Assembly: GCA_965287045.1 (NCBI GenBank)
Contig: OZ336890.1
Coordinates: 7,688,001 to 7,752,000, forward strand
DNA from: Carcharhinus amblyrhynchos
Taxonomy: Eukaryota
DNA length: 64,000 nt
Direction of reading: 5' to 3'
Shown here in pieces: positions 21,950 through 32,273 of the stretch. The notes under the pieces are model-generated. The model saw only the letters and a program-made list of their open reading frames with translations. It was not told the origin of the DNA and searched no databases. Each line of letters opens with the position of its first letter. The first letter of the stretch is position 1. The translations under genes and the position numbers were made by a program.

Positions 21950-24896
21950 TTTGATTTATTATTATCATATGTATTGGGATACAGTGAAAAGTATTAATTC
22001 TTGTATGCTACACAGACAAAGCATACCGTTTATAGAGTACATGGGGGAGAAGGAAAGGAGTGTGCAGAATATAGTGTTACAGTCATAGCTAGGGTGTAGT
22101 GAAGATCAACTTAATATGTTGTTTGTCCATTGTCATCAATGAGGACCTTGACACCATGAGCCATTTTGAGGCTGATTGCGGTGTGTCCGAAGATAACTGA
22201 TCAGGCCAATTTGGGCACGGAATGTCCTGGCACACATTGGACAGACTTGTGTAGGCATTGTAGTTGTTGTGCTGGTGGTTCTGGACTTGCGCACCTTGCG
22301 CTTAAGTTGTGCTTCAGCAATGCACCTTGCGTTGTAAGCTTGATAGCCCTTGTGAATGAGGCAGTGCCAGGTAGGGCGGTTTTGTGCCAGCGTTTCCCAG
22401 GTGGTCATGTCTATATTCAGCAACTTCAGGGAGGTCTTGAGTGTGTCTTTGAAATGTTTCTTCTGCCCTCCATGCGAGCGTTTTCCAGCAGAGAGTTCTC
22501 CAAAAAGGAGCTGCTTGGGTATGTGCTCGTCTGGGTCTGTGCTCTCATCAGCAGTGTGTGGACTGATGGTAGACTTGCTCTAGGGAGAATTTCAGTGTCT
22601 GGCACTTCGACTCTATCGAAGGCCATGTTTCACAGGCATACAGGAGGGTAGTGAGTACCATGGCGCTGGAGACATTCAGTTTTGTTGCTGGGCTGATTCC
22701 TCGACATTCCCATACAATGGAGTGCAGTCTACCGAAAGCAGAATTTGTCTTTGCGAATCTGCAGTTAACTTCTGTATCAATAGTCACTGCTTGGGGGAGG
22801 GTGCTGCCAAGATAATTGAACTGGTCCACTGCCTGTAGTTTCTGCCCTTTGATTGTGATTATGGGTCCTATGTATGGTGCATGAGGAGCAGGCTAGTGCA
22901 CGACTTCAGTCTTTTTAATGTTGATGGTGAGTCCAAAGTTGTCACAAGCCATGGAAAATTTGTCCATACTGATTTGCATCTCTGGCTCTGAGCCAACATA
23001 CACGGCGCAGTCGTCGGCAAAGAGGAAGCCTCTCAGAACAGTCGTCTTCACTTTGGTAACAGCTTGAAGTCTCCATTTGAAGAGCTTCCCATCCACTCTG
23101 TACTTGGGGCTGATTTCAGCAACACTGTCCTGGAAGGCATCATTCAGCATGGCAGTAAACATCATGCTGAACAGTGTGGTGCGAGCACACAGCCCTGTTT
23201 GACGCCATTGGAGATGGGAATGCCTCAGAGAATTCCTGAGGAATGGATTCTTGCTTCCAAAAGGGCTGGAACAACTCGGTGAGCTTCTTGATAAGTACAG
23301 GACCAGCGGCTTTGTAGATCTCTGCGGTTTTGGCATCTGCCACTGAGGCTTTGCCACTGGCTAGCTGGCTGACAGTTTTCGTGACTTCGGCTATTACTGG
23401 TGGGTCATCCATGGCACTGTTAACATTGACCTGGGAAATCCTGTCTATTGCCTCATTGTTAATAGATGACGGTTGGTTGAGGACAGCTTCAAAGTGTTCA
23501 CCCCATCTCTGCAGGATCTGAGCCCTCTCTGTAATGAGAGTTGTAACATCTGTTCTCAGGAGGGGGGAGCTCCTGAGAGATTGAGGTCCGTAGAGAGTGT
23601 TGAGGGGTTCATAGAACTGTTTCAAGTAATTTCTGTCAGCGTATCCCTGTACTTCATCTGCCTTGATGCTCAGCCAGGCATCCTGCATTTTACGCAGTTT
23701 ATTCTGGACTGTTCTGCGAGCACGAGTAAAAGCATTTTTCTTGGCAACTGATGATGGGTCATTCTGACAGGCCTGATGAAGACAGTGCTTTTCAACACGT
23801 AGAGCGTGTATCACCATCATTCTCACTGAACCAGTCATGCTGATTGCAGGTAGAGGGCCCAAGCATCTTCACTGCTGATGTATGGACAGCATCCCTGAAG
23901 CGTTCCCAGTCTTTGTCAGTGCTGCCTGCGAGGTGTATGTCAGCAAGCTTGACTTCTAAGTCTTCAGCCAATGCTGAAGCTATGCTGGGGTTCTTTAGCT
24001 TGGCTGCATTGATTCTTTTCATAACCTTGCTTCCTTGTGGTCGCCTCTTGGGTCTGATGCTGAGCCTCATTTTGGAGACCATGAGCCTGTGATCTGTCCA
24101 ACAGTCAGCACCACACCATGGCCTTGTTCACTCTGACATCCTGCCTGTCTTTTGTCCTGACAATGACATGTTTGATAAGATGCCAATGCTTAGAGTGAGG
24201 GTGCGTCCAAAAGGTCTTGTTACGGGTAGGCAGACGGAAGGTTGTGTTGGTGATGAGGAGATCGTGAGCTGCACAGGTCTTCAGTAAGAGTAGGCCATTA
24301 CTGTTATAGAGTACATGGGGGAGAAGGAGAGTGCAGAATATAGTGTTATAGTCATAGCTAGGGTGTAGTGAAAAATCAACTTAAGATCATTCAAAAATCT
24401 GATAGCAGTAGGGAAGAAGTTCTTGAGTTGGTTGGTGTGTGATCTCAGACTTGGTTATCTTTTTTCCTGATGGAAGAAGGTGAAAGAGTATATCCAGGGT
24501 GTGTGTGGTCCTTGAATATGCTAGTTGCTTTTCCAAGGCAGCAGGAAATGTAGACTGAGTCAGTAGATGGGAGTCTGGTTTGCGCAATCAATGTCCACAA
24601 GCTTCTGTATTTTCTTGTGGTCTTGGGCAGAGCAGGAGTCATACCAAACTGTGATACACCTGGAAAGGATGCTTTCTATGGTGCATCTGTAAAAATTGGT
24701 GAGAGTCATAACAGGCATGACTTATTGCTTAACTTCCAGTGAAAGTAGAGGTGTTGGTTGGTTCTCTTTACTATACTGTCAGCTTGGAGGGACCAGGGCA
24801 GGTGTTGTTGATCTGGACACCTAGAAACTTGAAGTTGTCGACCATTTCCATTTCATCACCGTTGATGTAGGCGGAAGCATGTCTTCCACTATGCTT
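21950..24896 (-). mobile_element. Rex1/Babar-type LINE 3' fragment (21950-22114 and 24304-24896), split by RTE
   Basis: Tail ttgatttatt..atatgtattgggatacagtgaaaag; peptides LPSTDSVYISCCLGKATSIFKDHTHPG and LFHLLPSGK. Homologous to 38467-38902. Confidence 0.85.
22115..24303 (-). mobile_element. RTE-clade LINE, 5'-truncated and internally deleted, with ~85-bp TSD
   Basis: Peptides ITNTTFRLPTRNKTFWTHPHSKHWHLI, GVKQGCVLA, LFADDCA, FGLTINIKKTEV, C-terminal CPMCARTFRAQIGLISYLRTH zinc knuckle, 3' end gatgacaatggacaaacaaca. Confidence 0.88.
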
Positions 24897-25844
24897 CAGT
24901 TTTTTACGCTTGAGTGAGGGAGGGAATCACTTTGATATTAGTTTTTATTCTGTTCTTAAAAAAAAATACACTATCATTTTGCAAGTATTTTTATAGGCAT
25001 TCTGTCACAGATTGATTTAATTGTAATTGATGTGCTTGAAATTAAAACACCATTCACACTGTTTAGCTTTTTAGAAGAATAACCATCAGCATTAATCAAG
25101 AAACCATGCAAGTGCCTGCCCCTTTTCCTGCTTGAACTTTGTGAAAATTTAATTGAAATAGTGCTCCTCCTATGTGCCCAATTCAGCAGGTTGCAAAGTA
25201 ATTTTGGTCAGTTAAAACTCTTGCAAGCCATAATGATTCAAGTACATAATGTGTAATTCTAATGCTTAGTAATACGTTGCTTATACTATACTACTATATG
25301 TTGTTAGGAGATTGGAGACTAGTGTTTTTGTCTGAAACAGTTTCATTCCAGTCAGAAGTGTAATTGGAATGCAGTCGGTCTCTGGAGGAGGGAAGGGGAA
25401 TCTGGCAATAAGAGCAGTTGAGAGCATTATTCAGATTAGAATGTAGCCAGCCATTCATTATTACTACACACGTTAGTACAGTGTATCATTGTGTTTCCAC
25501 AGCTGGGACTTGTTTAAATTGTCTGATTATATGATAGAGTAAAGGCGTGCAGCTGCTATCCAAGTTCACAAAATAAAGTAAGGTTTTAATAGTTTTAATC
25601 AAATACCATTGAAATCCTATTATTTAAAGACATAATTTTGGCTTTTGTGTTTTATTTTAATGAACTGATGAGTATCTGAGAGCCTTATTGGAGCCTTGAA
25701 GATGTGGATCATTAAGTATGCCATCAGAATGTCTCTCTATGAATGTGATGGTGTGCTAATTGTTAAAAGGAAATTCTGTTACTTGAAAATCTGAAGTCTG
25801 TTATTTTTGTCATGTACAAACAAAATCTAAAATTAGTTGTTACG

Positions 25845-25950
25845 AAAAAGATTAATTGCATTTGTATATCACTTTTCACGACCTCTGGATGTCCTAAAGA
25901 ATTTTACAGCCGCTGAAGTACATTTTAAGCTTTGCTGCTATAATGTAGCA
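25845..25950 (-). mobile_element. Deu-domain SINE 3' fragment
   Basis: ttgcatttgtatatcacttttcacgacctctggatgtcctaaag..tttacagcc..tgaagtacattt is the reverse complement of the Deu-SINE tail. Confidence 0.65.
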
Positions 25951-26116
25951 TTCTTCTTAATTAATGTCATGTTTGTTGTCAAAATTTCTTTTTTTTTTGT
26001 GACCCCCGCCAACCAAACTGGATGTCCACCCCCTCCACGCTGCATCTGATGGTGCTGGACTAGTCTAGGGCCTGGTTGAGATGCCAGCGATTGTGTGAAT
26101 AATGATTTCTTGTCCA

Positions 26117-26197
26117 GTTGCAATGGCCAAGTGGTTAAGGCGTTGGATTTGAATTCTAATTGAATTTCACCGCGCGGTTCGAGCCCTGTTTACAACG
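26117..26197 (+). pseudogene. tRNA-Ser(TGA) pseudogene
   Basis: GTTGCAA TGGCCAAGTGGTTAAGGCG TTGGA TT TGA AT TCTAA ... CCGCGC GGTTCGAGCCCTG TTTACAAC G. A and B boxes, anticodon stem and acceptor stem (one mismatch) are present; the variable arm is decayed and the T-stem lacks a base. No CCA. Confidence 0.8.
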
Positions 26198-26267
26198 AGT
26201 ATGATTGAAGTTGTTTTCTCGGCTCCCCAGGGAAACCCGTGCCTTAGGCCTACCATTGCCTGACTGA

Positions 26268-27355
26268 TGGTCCCTCTTGGCAGGCTCGTGCAAAAGATTA
26301 AATCTCATGGGATTGGGTGAACTAGCTGGATGGATTCGGAACTGGCTTGGCCATAGAAGTATGAGGGTAGCGGTGGAAGGGTGTTTTTCCGAATGTAACT
26401 TGTGATGTTCCGCAGGGATCAGTGCTGGGACCTCTGCTGTTTGTAACATGTAAATGACTTGGAAGAAAACATGGCTGGCTTGATAAGCAAGTTTGCAGAT
26501 GATACTAAGATTGGTGGAGTTGCAGATAGTGATGAAGATTGTCAGAGAATGCAGCAAGATATAGATGGACTGGAAAATTGGGCAAGAAATGGCAGATGGA
26601 ATTTAATCTGGACAAACAGGAGGTGTTGCATTTTGATCGATCCAATTCAGGTGGGAGCTATAAATGGCAGAATAATTAGGAGCATAGACACACCAAGATA
26701 TGGGAGTACAGGTCAACAGATCTTTTAAAAGTGGCAGCACAGGTGGAAAAAGTGGTGAAGAAAGTTTATGGCATGCTTGCCTTCATCAGACGTGGCATTG
26801 AGTATAAAAGTTGGCAATTTATGTTACAGTTATATAAAACGTTGGTTAGGCCGCATTTGGAACACTATGTCCAATTCTGGTCACCACACTACCAGAAGGA
26901 CGTGGAGGCTTTGGGAGAGTGCAGAAAAAATTTACCTGATATGGAGGGTATGAGCTTTGGTGAGAGATTGAATAAACTGGGATTGTGCTCCCTGGAAAGA
27001 CAGACTGAGGGACAACCTGACAGAAGTTTATAAAATTGAAAGAAATATAGATAGGGTGAATGGTTCGAAGCTTTTTCTCAGGGCAGAAATGACAATTATA
27101 AGGGGGCAAAGGGGGGGAAGGTTCCGTGGAGATGTGCAGGGGAAGTTTTTTTTTTAGAGGTGGTGGGGGCCAGCAATGCACTGCCAAGTGAAGTGGTTGA
27201 GGCAGTTATGTTAGCTACATTTAAGACTTATCTGGATAGACGTATGAACAAATGGGGAATAGAGTGATATAAGCATTGGTTTAGATGTACAAACATAATT
27301 GGTGCAGGCTTCGAGGGGGCAAAGGGCCTGTCCCTGTGCTGTTACGGTTCTTTGA
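26268..27355 (+). mobile_element. CR1/HER1-type LINE 3' portion
   Basis: VPLGRLVQKIKSHG, ISKFADDTKIGG, LVRPHLEHYVQFWSPH; tail gggcctgtccctgtgctgttacggttctttg. Confidence 0.88.
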
Positions 27356-27917
27356 TACTTTAATTATCCAGTCAGGTCAGGGATGATATTTGGGCCTGCA
27401 GGTTGGTGGGCAAGTAATAAGTGGGAAAGGATTAGGGAGTACTATGGGGGAAATGATTAGTTTGGGGGGGAGTGGTTCCCTGGAGAGTCGCATGTGTGTC
27501 GGGAGTCCGTGAAGGGATTGATCTGGGTGTTTAATGAAGTGAAGCGTAAGTTAGAGCTGTTATTTTTAACTTTTTCCTAAGTAACTATTGGCATAATCCT
27601 GGCAGAACCATCTGAAGCTAGTGATTTGAATCACTTTGATTCCCAGTGCAGCACGATAGCCCATTACTATTCATGGACAATTGTGGTACAAGTGCTTACC
27701 TGGGAATGTTAGAGAAGGATTCCCCAAATGAATCTTTGGAGTATCTCTCAAATCCGATGCAGGGAAGCCTGCATTGTTACGGCCCATTGTTTGTCCTTCG
27801 ATTATTTGCAGTGTGGTTACATTAAAGTTGTGGTTATAATATTGGTAATCCAGAAAATTTTAATTTTGTTTATAAAAAATCTGGAAGTGATTTGCTTCTG
27901 GATTTTGCAGCGCCCAA

Positions 27918-28248
27918 GCTCTTCCCGCTCAGAAAGGACAGTAGGACTAGGGGGCACAGCCTCAAGATAAAGGGGGGGCGGTTTAGAACGGAGTTGAGGA
28001 GGAACTTCTTCACTCAAAGGGTGGTGAATCTCTGGAATTCTCTGTCTGTTGAGGTGGTGGAGGCTGCCTCGCTAAATATTTTTAAGACGCGGATTGATGG
28101 GTTTTTGATAAGAGAGGGGATTAAGGGTTATGGGGAGAGGGTGGGGATGTGGAACTGAGCCACGACAGATCAGCCATGATCTTATTGAATGGCGGGGCAG
28201 GCTCGAAGGGCTGGATGGCCTACTCCTGCTCCTATTTCTTATGTTCTT
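27918..28248 (+). mobile_element. Young CR1 family 3' end
   Basis: LFPLRKDSRTRGHSLKIKGGRFRTELRRNFFTQRVVNLWNSL and tail tttcttatgttctt; near-identical to the 42713, 51001 and 53601 copies. Confidence 0.93.
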
Positions 28249-28356
28249 TTGCCATCCACAAGATCTGAGTCAGGCTGGAATATTGTCTACTTTGACCAAT
28301 AGCACTTAATTCAACAACAACCAGGTCAAAATAGTTCACTTGACTGGTCCTTTCCT

Positions 28357-28537
28357 NNNNNNNNNNNNNNNNNNNNNNNNNNNNNNNNNNNNNNNNNNNN
28401 NNNNNNNNNNNNNNNNNNNNNNNNNNNNNNNNNNNNNNNNNNNNNNNNNNNNNNNNNNNNNNNNNNNNNNNNNNNNNNNNNNNNNNNNNNNNNNNNNNNN
28501 NNNNNNNNNNNNNNNNNNNNNNNNNNNNNNNNNNNNN
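28357..28537. other. Assembly gap (181 N)
   Basis: Run of n characters. Confidence 1.
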
Positions 28538-29799
28538 CACCTCTCCTTCCTCGACCTCTACTCCCGGCTGCAAAGCACACCATCGACAAGGTGTACAGCA
28601 GCAACTGGTCAAGGATTCCTCGGTAGGACATTGCTGATTTGCAACTCATACTACTACTAATTAAGAGGAGAAGGGCAGCAGCTATATGGGAATACCACCA
28701 CTTTGAAGTTCCCATATAAATTTCACATCAACCAGACTTGGATATATACCAGTTGATGTTGGGGCCAAATGTTGGAACTCCTGAGTACTTTCACTACACT
28801 GACTACAGAAGTTCAAGAGGATAACTCAACATTACCTGCTTATGCCCAAGTTGCGGCCTGTTGTTGTGACATGAAAAATGGGACAATGATCTTTTTTTCC
28901 ATTTATGTACTGCTGGAGTGCAGTGAACCAAGTGGTGCCTGTTTTAAAGATTCTCCCTGGATCTGCTCTGTGATGAAGCTCTTGTGGGAAGTAAATGGCC
29001 TGTTAAGCCCCTTCCCATGATTCGACAAATTAAATAAGTAATCGCTTCAGAGCTGTAAACTGTATTGTATCAGAACAAGTTGCGATATTGCTGGATAGCT
29101 TGTATGAGAATTTTGCAGAGCTACTTGAGTCCACTCATTGCCTAATCAATAAACATCATCATCAGAAGTGTTAATTAAGCATACTTAATAAGGACATTTT
29201 TATTAAATCAATTGTCTATTATTGAGAATTTTGCTGCATACAATATATTGAGAGATTTTCAAAACAAAATATAGTAGGTTCCATTTGTAATGCATAAAAT
29301 TTAGCAGGGTGTTTAACTGTCTTGTTTTGAGAATGTAACAGGTTTGTTTTTTTTTCTCAATTTGTCAATCCTGACTGAGTAAAAGCTAAATCTATCAGAG
29401 ATCAGGACCTTTTGTTACCATGAGCATTTTGCTGAAAATGTAGACTTCATTTGAGATTCCGCAAAAGGAACAGAATAAACTTCTAATTCTTGACATTGTT
29501 TTTCTCTGGCCTGTTCTTAGGTTTTGGTCTGGTATTACACAATAAAGTTCTTTACATAATTTAGACTGAAAAATGGTGGATGAGAGTGAGCAAAATTAGT
29601 TTTACTCTAGGGATCTAATAACTGAACAGAGCCATTACAGCTCAATATAAACAGAAGTGTCAAAACACTTCAGAAAAGAAAAATCTGAAGAAATTGTCAA
29701 AGAAGTCCATGTTGTGAAGGATGACCTCTAGGAAGTAATCAAATATTTAAGATTTAAAGAGGGCCTTAGACCAGGAAATGATGAAGCTGAATGCTTTAT

Positions 29800-29970
29800 T
29801 GGTTCACTGATGCCCTTTAGGGAAGGAAATCTGCCATCCTTACCTGATCTAGTATACATGTGATTCCAAAGTCACAGCAATGTGGTTAACTCTCAACTGT
29901 GCTCGGGCAACTAGTGGTAGACAATAAATGCTGGCTAGCCATTGATGCCCATGTCCCACGAATGAATTAA
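29800..29970 (+). mobile_element. Short derivative of the tRNA-headed LINE (body plus tail)
   Basis: ggttcactgatgccctttagggaaggaaatctgccatccttacc...caataaatgctggctagcc..cccatgtcccacgaatgaat. Confidence 0.7.
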
Positions 29971-30687
29971 AAATTAGGCAGGACATTTTAGTGTGTGTCT
30001 AGGTGAAAGCACTGCTGTAAACTTGTGGAGTGAATGGAGGAGAAAGAATACTTAGAAACCTTGAGTCAGAGGAACACTAAGTTTGGTGGTCATTGTGGAG
30101 GTTAGAGTTGGAGGGCTGGAGAAGGCATCAAGAAACTGAAGGTCAAGACCTGAGTTTAGAAACAAGGATGAAACTTTTAAACTTGAAGTGATGGAACCAG
30201 GAGTCATTGTAAGTCAGTGGCTAGGACTTCTAGAATAGAATATGGGCAACAGAATTTTGGATGAGGCTGACAAATAGTTGACTGCAGAGCTGAGTTGAGC
30301 ATGAATGAGGATTTGAGCAGCAGATCGACTGAAATAGTAACAGAGGCAGATCATGTTGTGGAGGTTGAAGTAGTTGGTATTTATGATGGATGGAGTATGG
30401 AGCTAGAATTTCAGTTCAGACTTGAATAAGACTTCAGTGTTGCGAACGATCCGGTTCAGTCCGATACAGCAATTGAGATTAGGGATGCAGTTAATGAGGA
30501 ATAGAGAATTTGAGATGGAGGTCAAAAGTAATGGGTTCCTGATGTTTAACTGGAGGTGGAAGTTAATTTCAGACTGGATATTGGACACACCTGACAATAC
30601 AAAGCAAATGAAGTAATAAAGAGAAGTGCTAAAGGGGAAACTAGACATTGGCAGCATTCATGTTGGAAGTTAAGCCTATGTTTTTGA

Positions 30688-30998
30688 GTTTATTTTTAAG
30701 TTTCTTTAGTGTCACAATAGGCTTCCATTAACACTGCAGTGAAGTTATTGTGAAAATCCCTTAGTTGCCACACTCTGGTGCCTGTTCAGGTACACTGAGG
30801 AGAATTTAGCACGGCCAGTGCACCTAACCAGCACATCTTGCAGATTTGTGAGAGGAAATGGGAGCAGCTGGAGGAAACCCATGCAGACACGGGGAGAACA
30901 TGCAGAATCTGCACAGACAGTTACTCGAGCCAGGAATCAAATCTGGGTCCCTAGTGCTGAGAGACAACAGTGTTAACCACTGTGCCACCATGCCACCC
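30688..30998 (-). mobile_element. V-SINE (HE1-like head and V core, alternative tail)
   Basis: Reverse strand: gggtggcatggtggcacagtggttaacac head, V-domain ttctccccgtgtctgcatgggtttcctcc, tail gggattttcacaataacttcactgcagtgttaatg..gcctattgtgacact. Confidence 0.85.
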
Positions 30999-31035
30999 AA
31001 GGATGGCATGGCATGAAGAGATCCAGGGTCAGTCC

Positions 31036-32273
31036 TTGGGAAGATGTAATGAGTGCAGTTGACAGAGGGGAGCCAGTGGATGTGGTGTTTTTAGATTTCC
31101 AGAAGGCATTCGATAAGGTGCCTCACAAAAGGTTGCTGCAAAAGATTAAGGTACACAGAATTGAGGGTAAGGTGTTAGCGTGGATTGAGGATTGGCTATC
31201 TAACAGAAAGCAGAGAGTTGGAATAAACATGTGCTTTTCTGGTTGGCAATTGGTGACTAGTGGCGTGCCGCAGGGATCGGTGGTGGGGCCTCAACTGTTT
31301 ACCATATACATAGATGATCTAGAGGAGGGGACCGAGTGTAGGGTAACAAAGTTTGCTGATGACACAAAGATGAGTGGGAAAGTGAATTGCATGGAGGACG
31401 TGGAAAGTCTGCAGAGAGATTTGGGTAGGCTGTGAGTGGGTGAGGATCTGGTAGATGGTGTATAACGTTGGCAAGTGTGAGGTTATCCACTTTGGAAGGA
31501 ATAATAGTAAAATGGATTATTATTTAAAAGGTGAAAAATTAGAACGTGCTACTGTGCAGAGTGATCTGGGGGTCCTTGTGCATGAATCGCAAAAACTCAT
31601 TTTGCAGGTGCAGCAGCTGATCAAGAAGGCAAATGGAATGTTGGCCTTCATCGTGAGGGGGATGGAGTATAAAAGAAGGGAGGTCTTGCTGCAATTGTAC
31701 AAGGTACTGGTGAGGCCGCAACTAGAGTACTGTGTGCAATTTTGATCCCCTTATTTGCGAAAGGATATATTGGTATTGGCCTTGGATGGTGTGCAGAGAA
31801 GGTTCACCAGGTTGATACTGGAGATGAGGAGGTTAGCTTATGAGGAGAGATTGAGTAGATTGAGCCTGTACTCGGAGTTTAGAACGCTGAGGGGGGATCT
31901 TATAAAGACATATAAGATAATAAAGGGGTTAGACAGGGTAGAGGCAGAGAGATTATTTCCACTTAGAAAGGAAACAAGAACGAGAGGGCACAGCCTCAAA
32001 ATAAGGGGAAGTCAACTCAGAACAGAGTTGAGGAAGAACTTCTTCTCTGAGCGTGGTGAACCTTTGGAATTCTCTGCCCATTGAAGCAGTGGAGGCAACC
32101 TCGTTAAATGTGTTTAAGTCGCAGGAAGATTTCTGATCAATAAGGAAATTAAGTGTTATGGGGAGCAGGCAGGTAAGTGGAACTGAACCACTATTAGATC
32201 AGCCATGATCTTATTGAATGGCGGGGCAGGCTCGATGGGCCAGATGCTCTACTCCTGCTCCTATTTCTTATGT
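31036..32273 (+). mobile_element. CR1 LINE 3' 1.2 kb (RT), slightly older subfamily of the young family
   Basis: VDVVFLDFQKAFDKVPH, GVPQGSV, KFADDTK with a few stops; tail ctatttcttatgt. Confidence 0.92.

Larger units (their letters stand above)
21746..24966. repeat. Old ~140-bp tandem duplication whose second unit is split by the Rex/RTE nest
   Basis: Unit 1 at 21746-21884; unit 2 at 21885-21949 plus 24897-24966 (shared aacagt.cttttca.ttgaa..aatgtgaaatact and gggaatcact..atattagtttttattctgttcttaaaa). Confidence 0.75.

Noticed and set aside
26117-26197. Functional tRNA-Ser gene
   Set aside because: Acceptor mismatch, decayed variable arm, T-stem deletion and altered anticodon-loop bases, so it is called a pseudogene.
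28232-28715. ORFs spanning the N run
   Set aside because: Artefacts of translating through an assembly gap.
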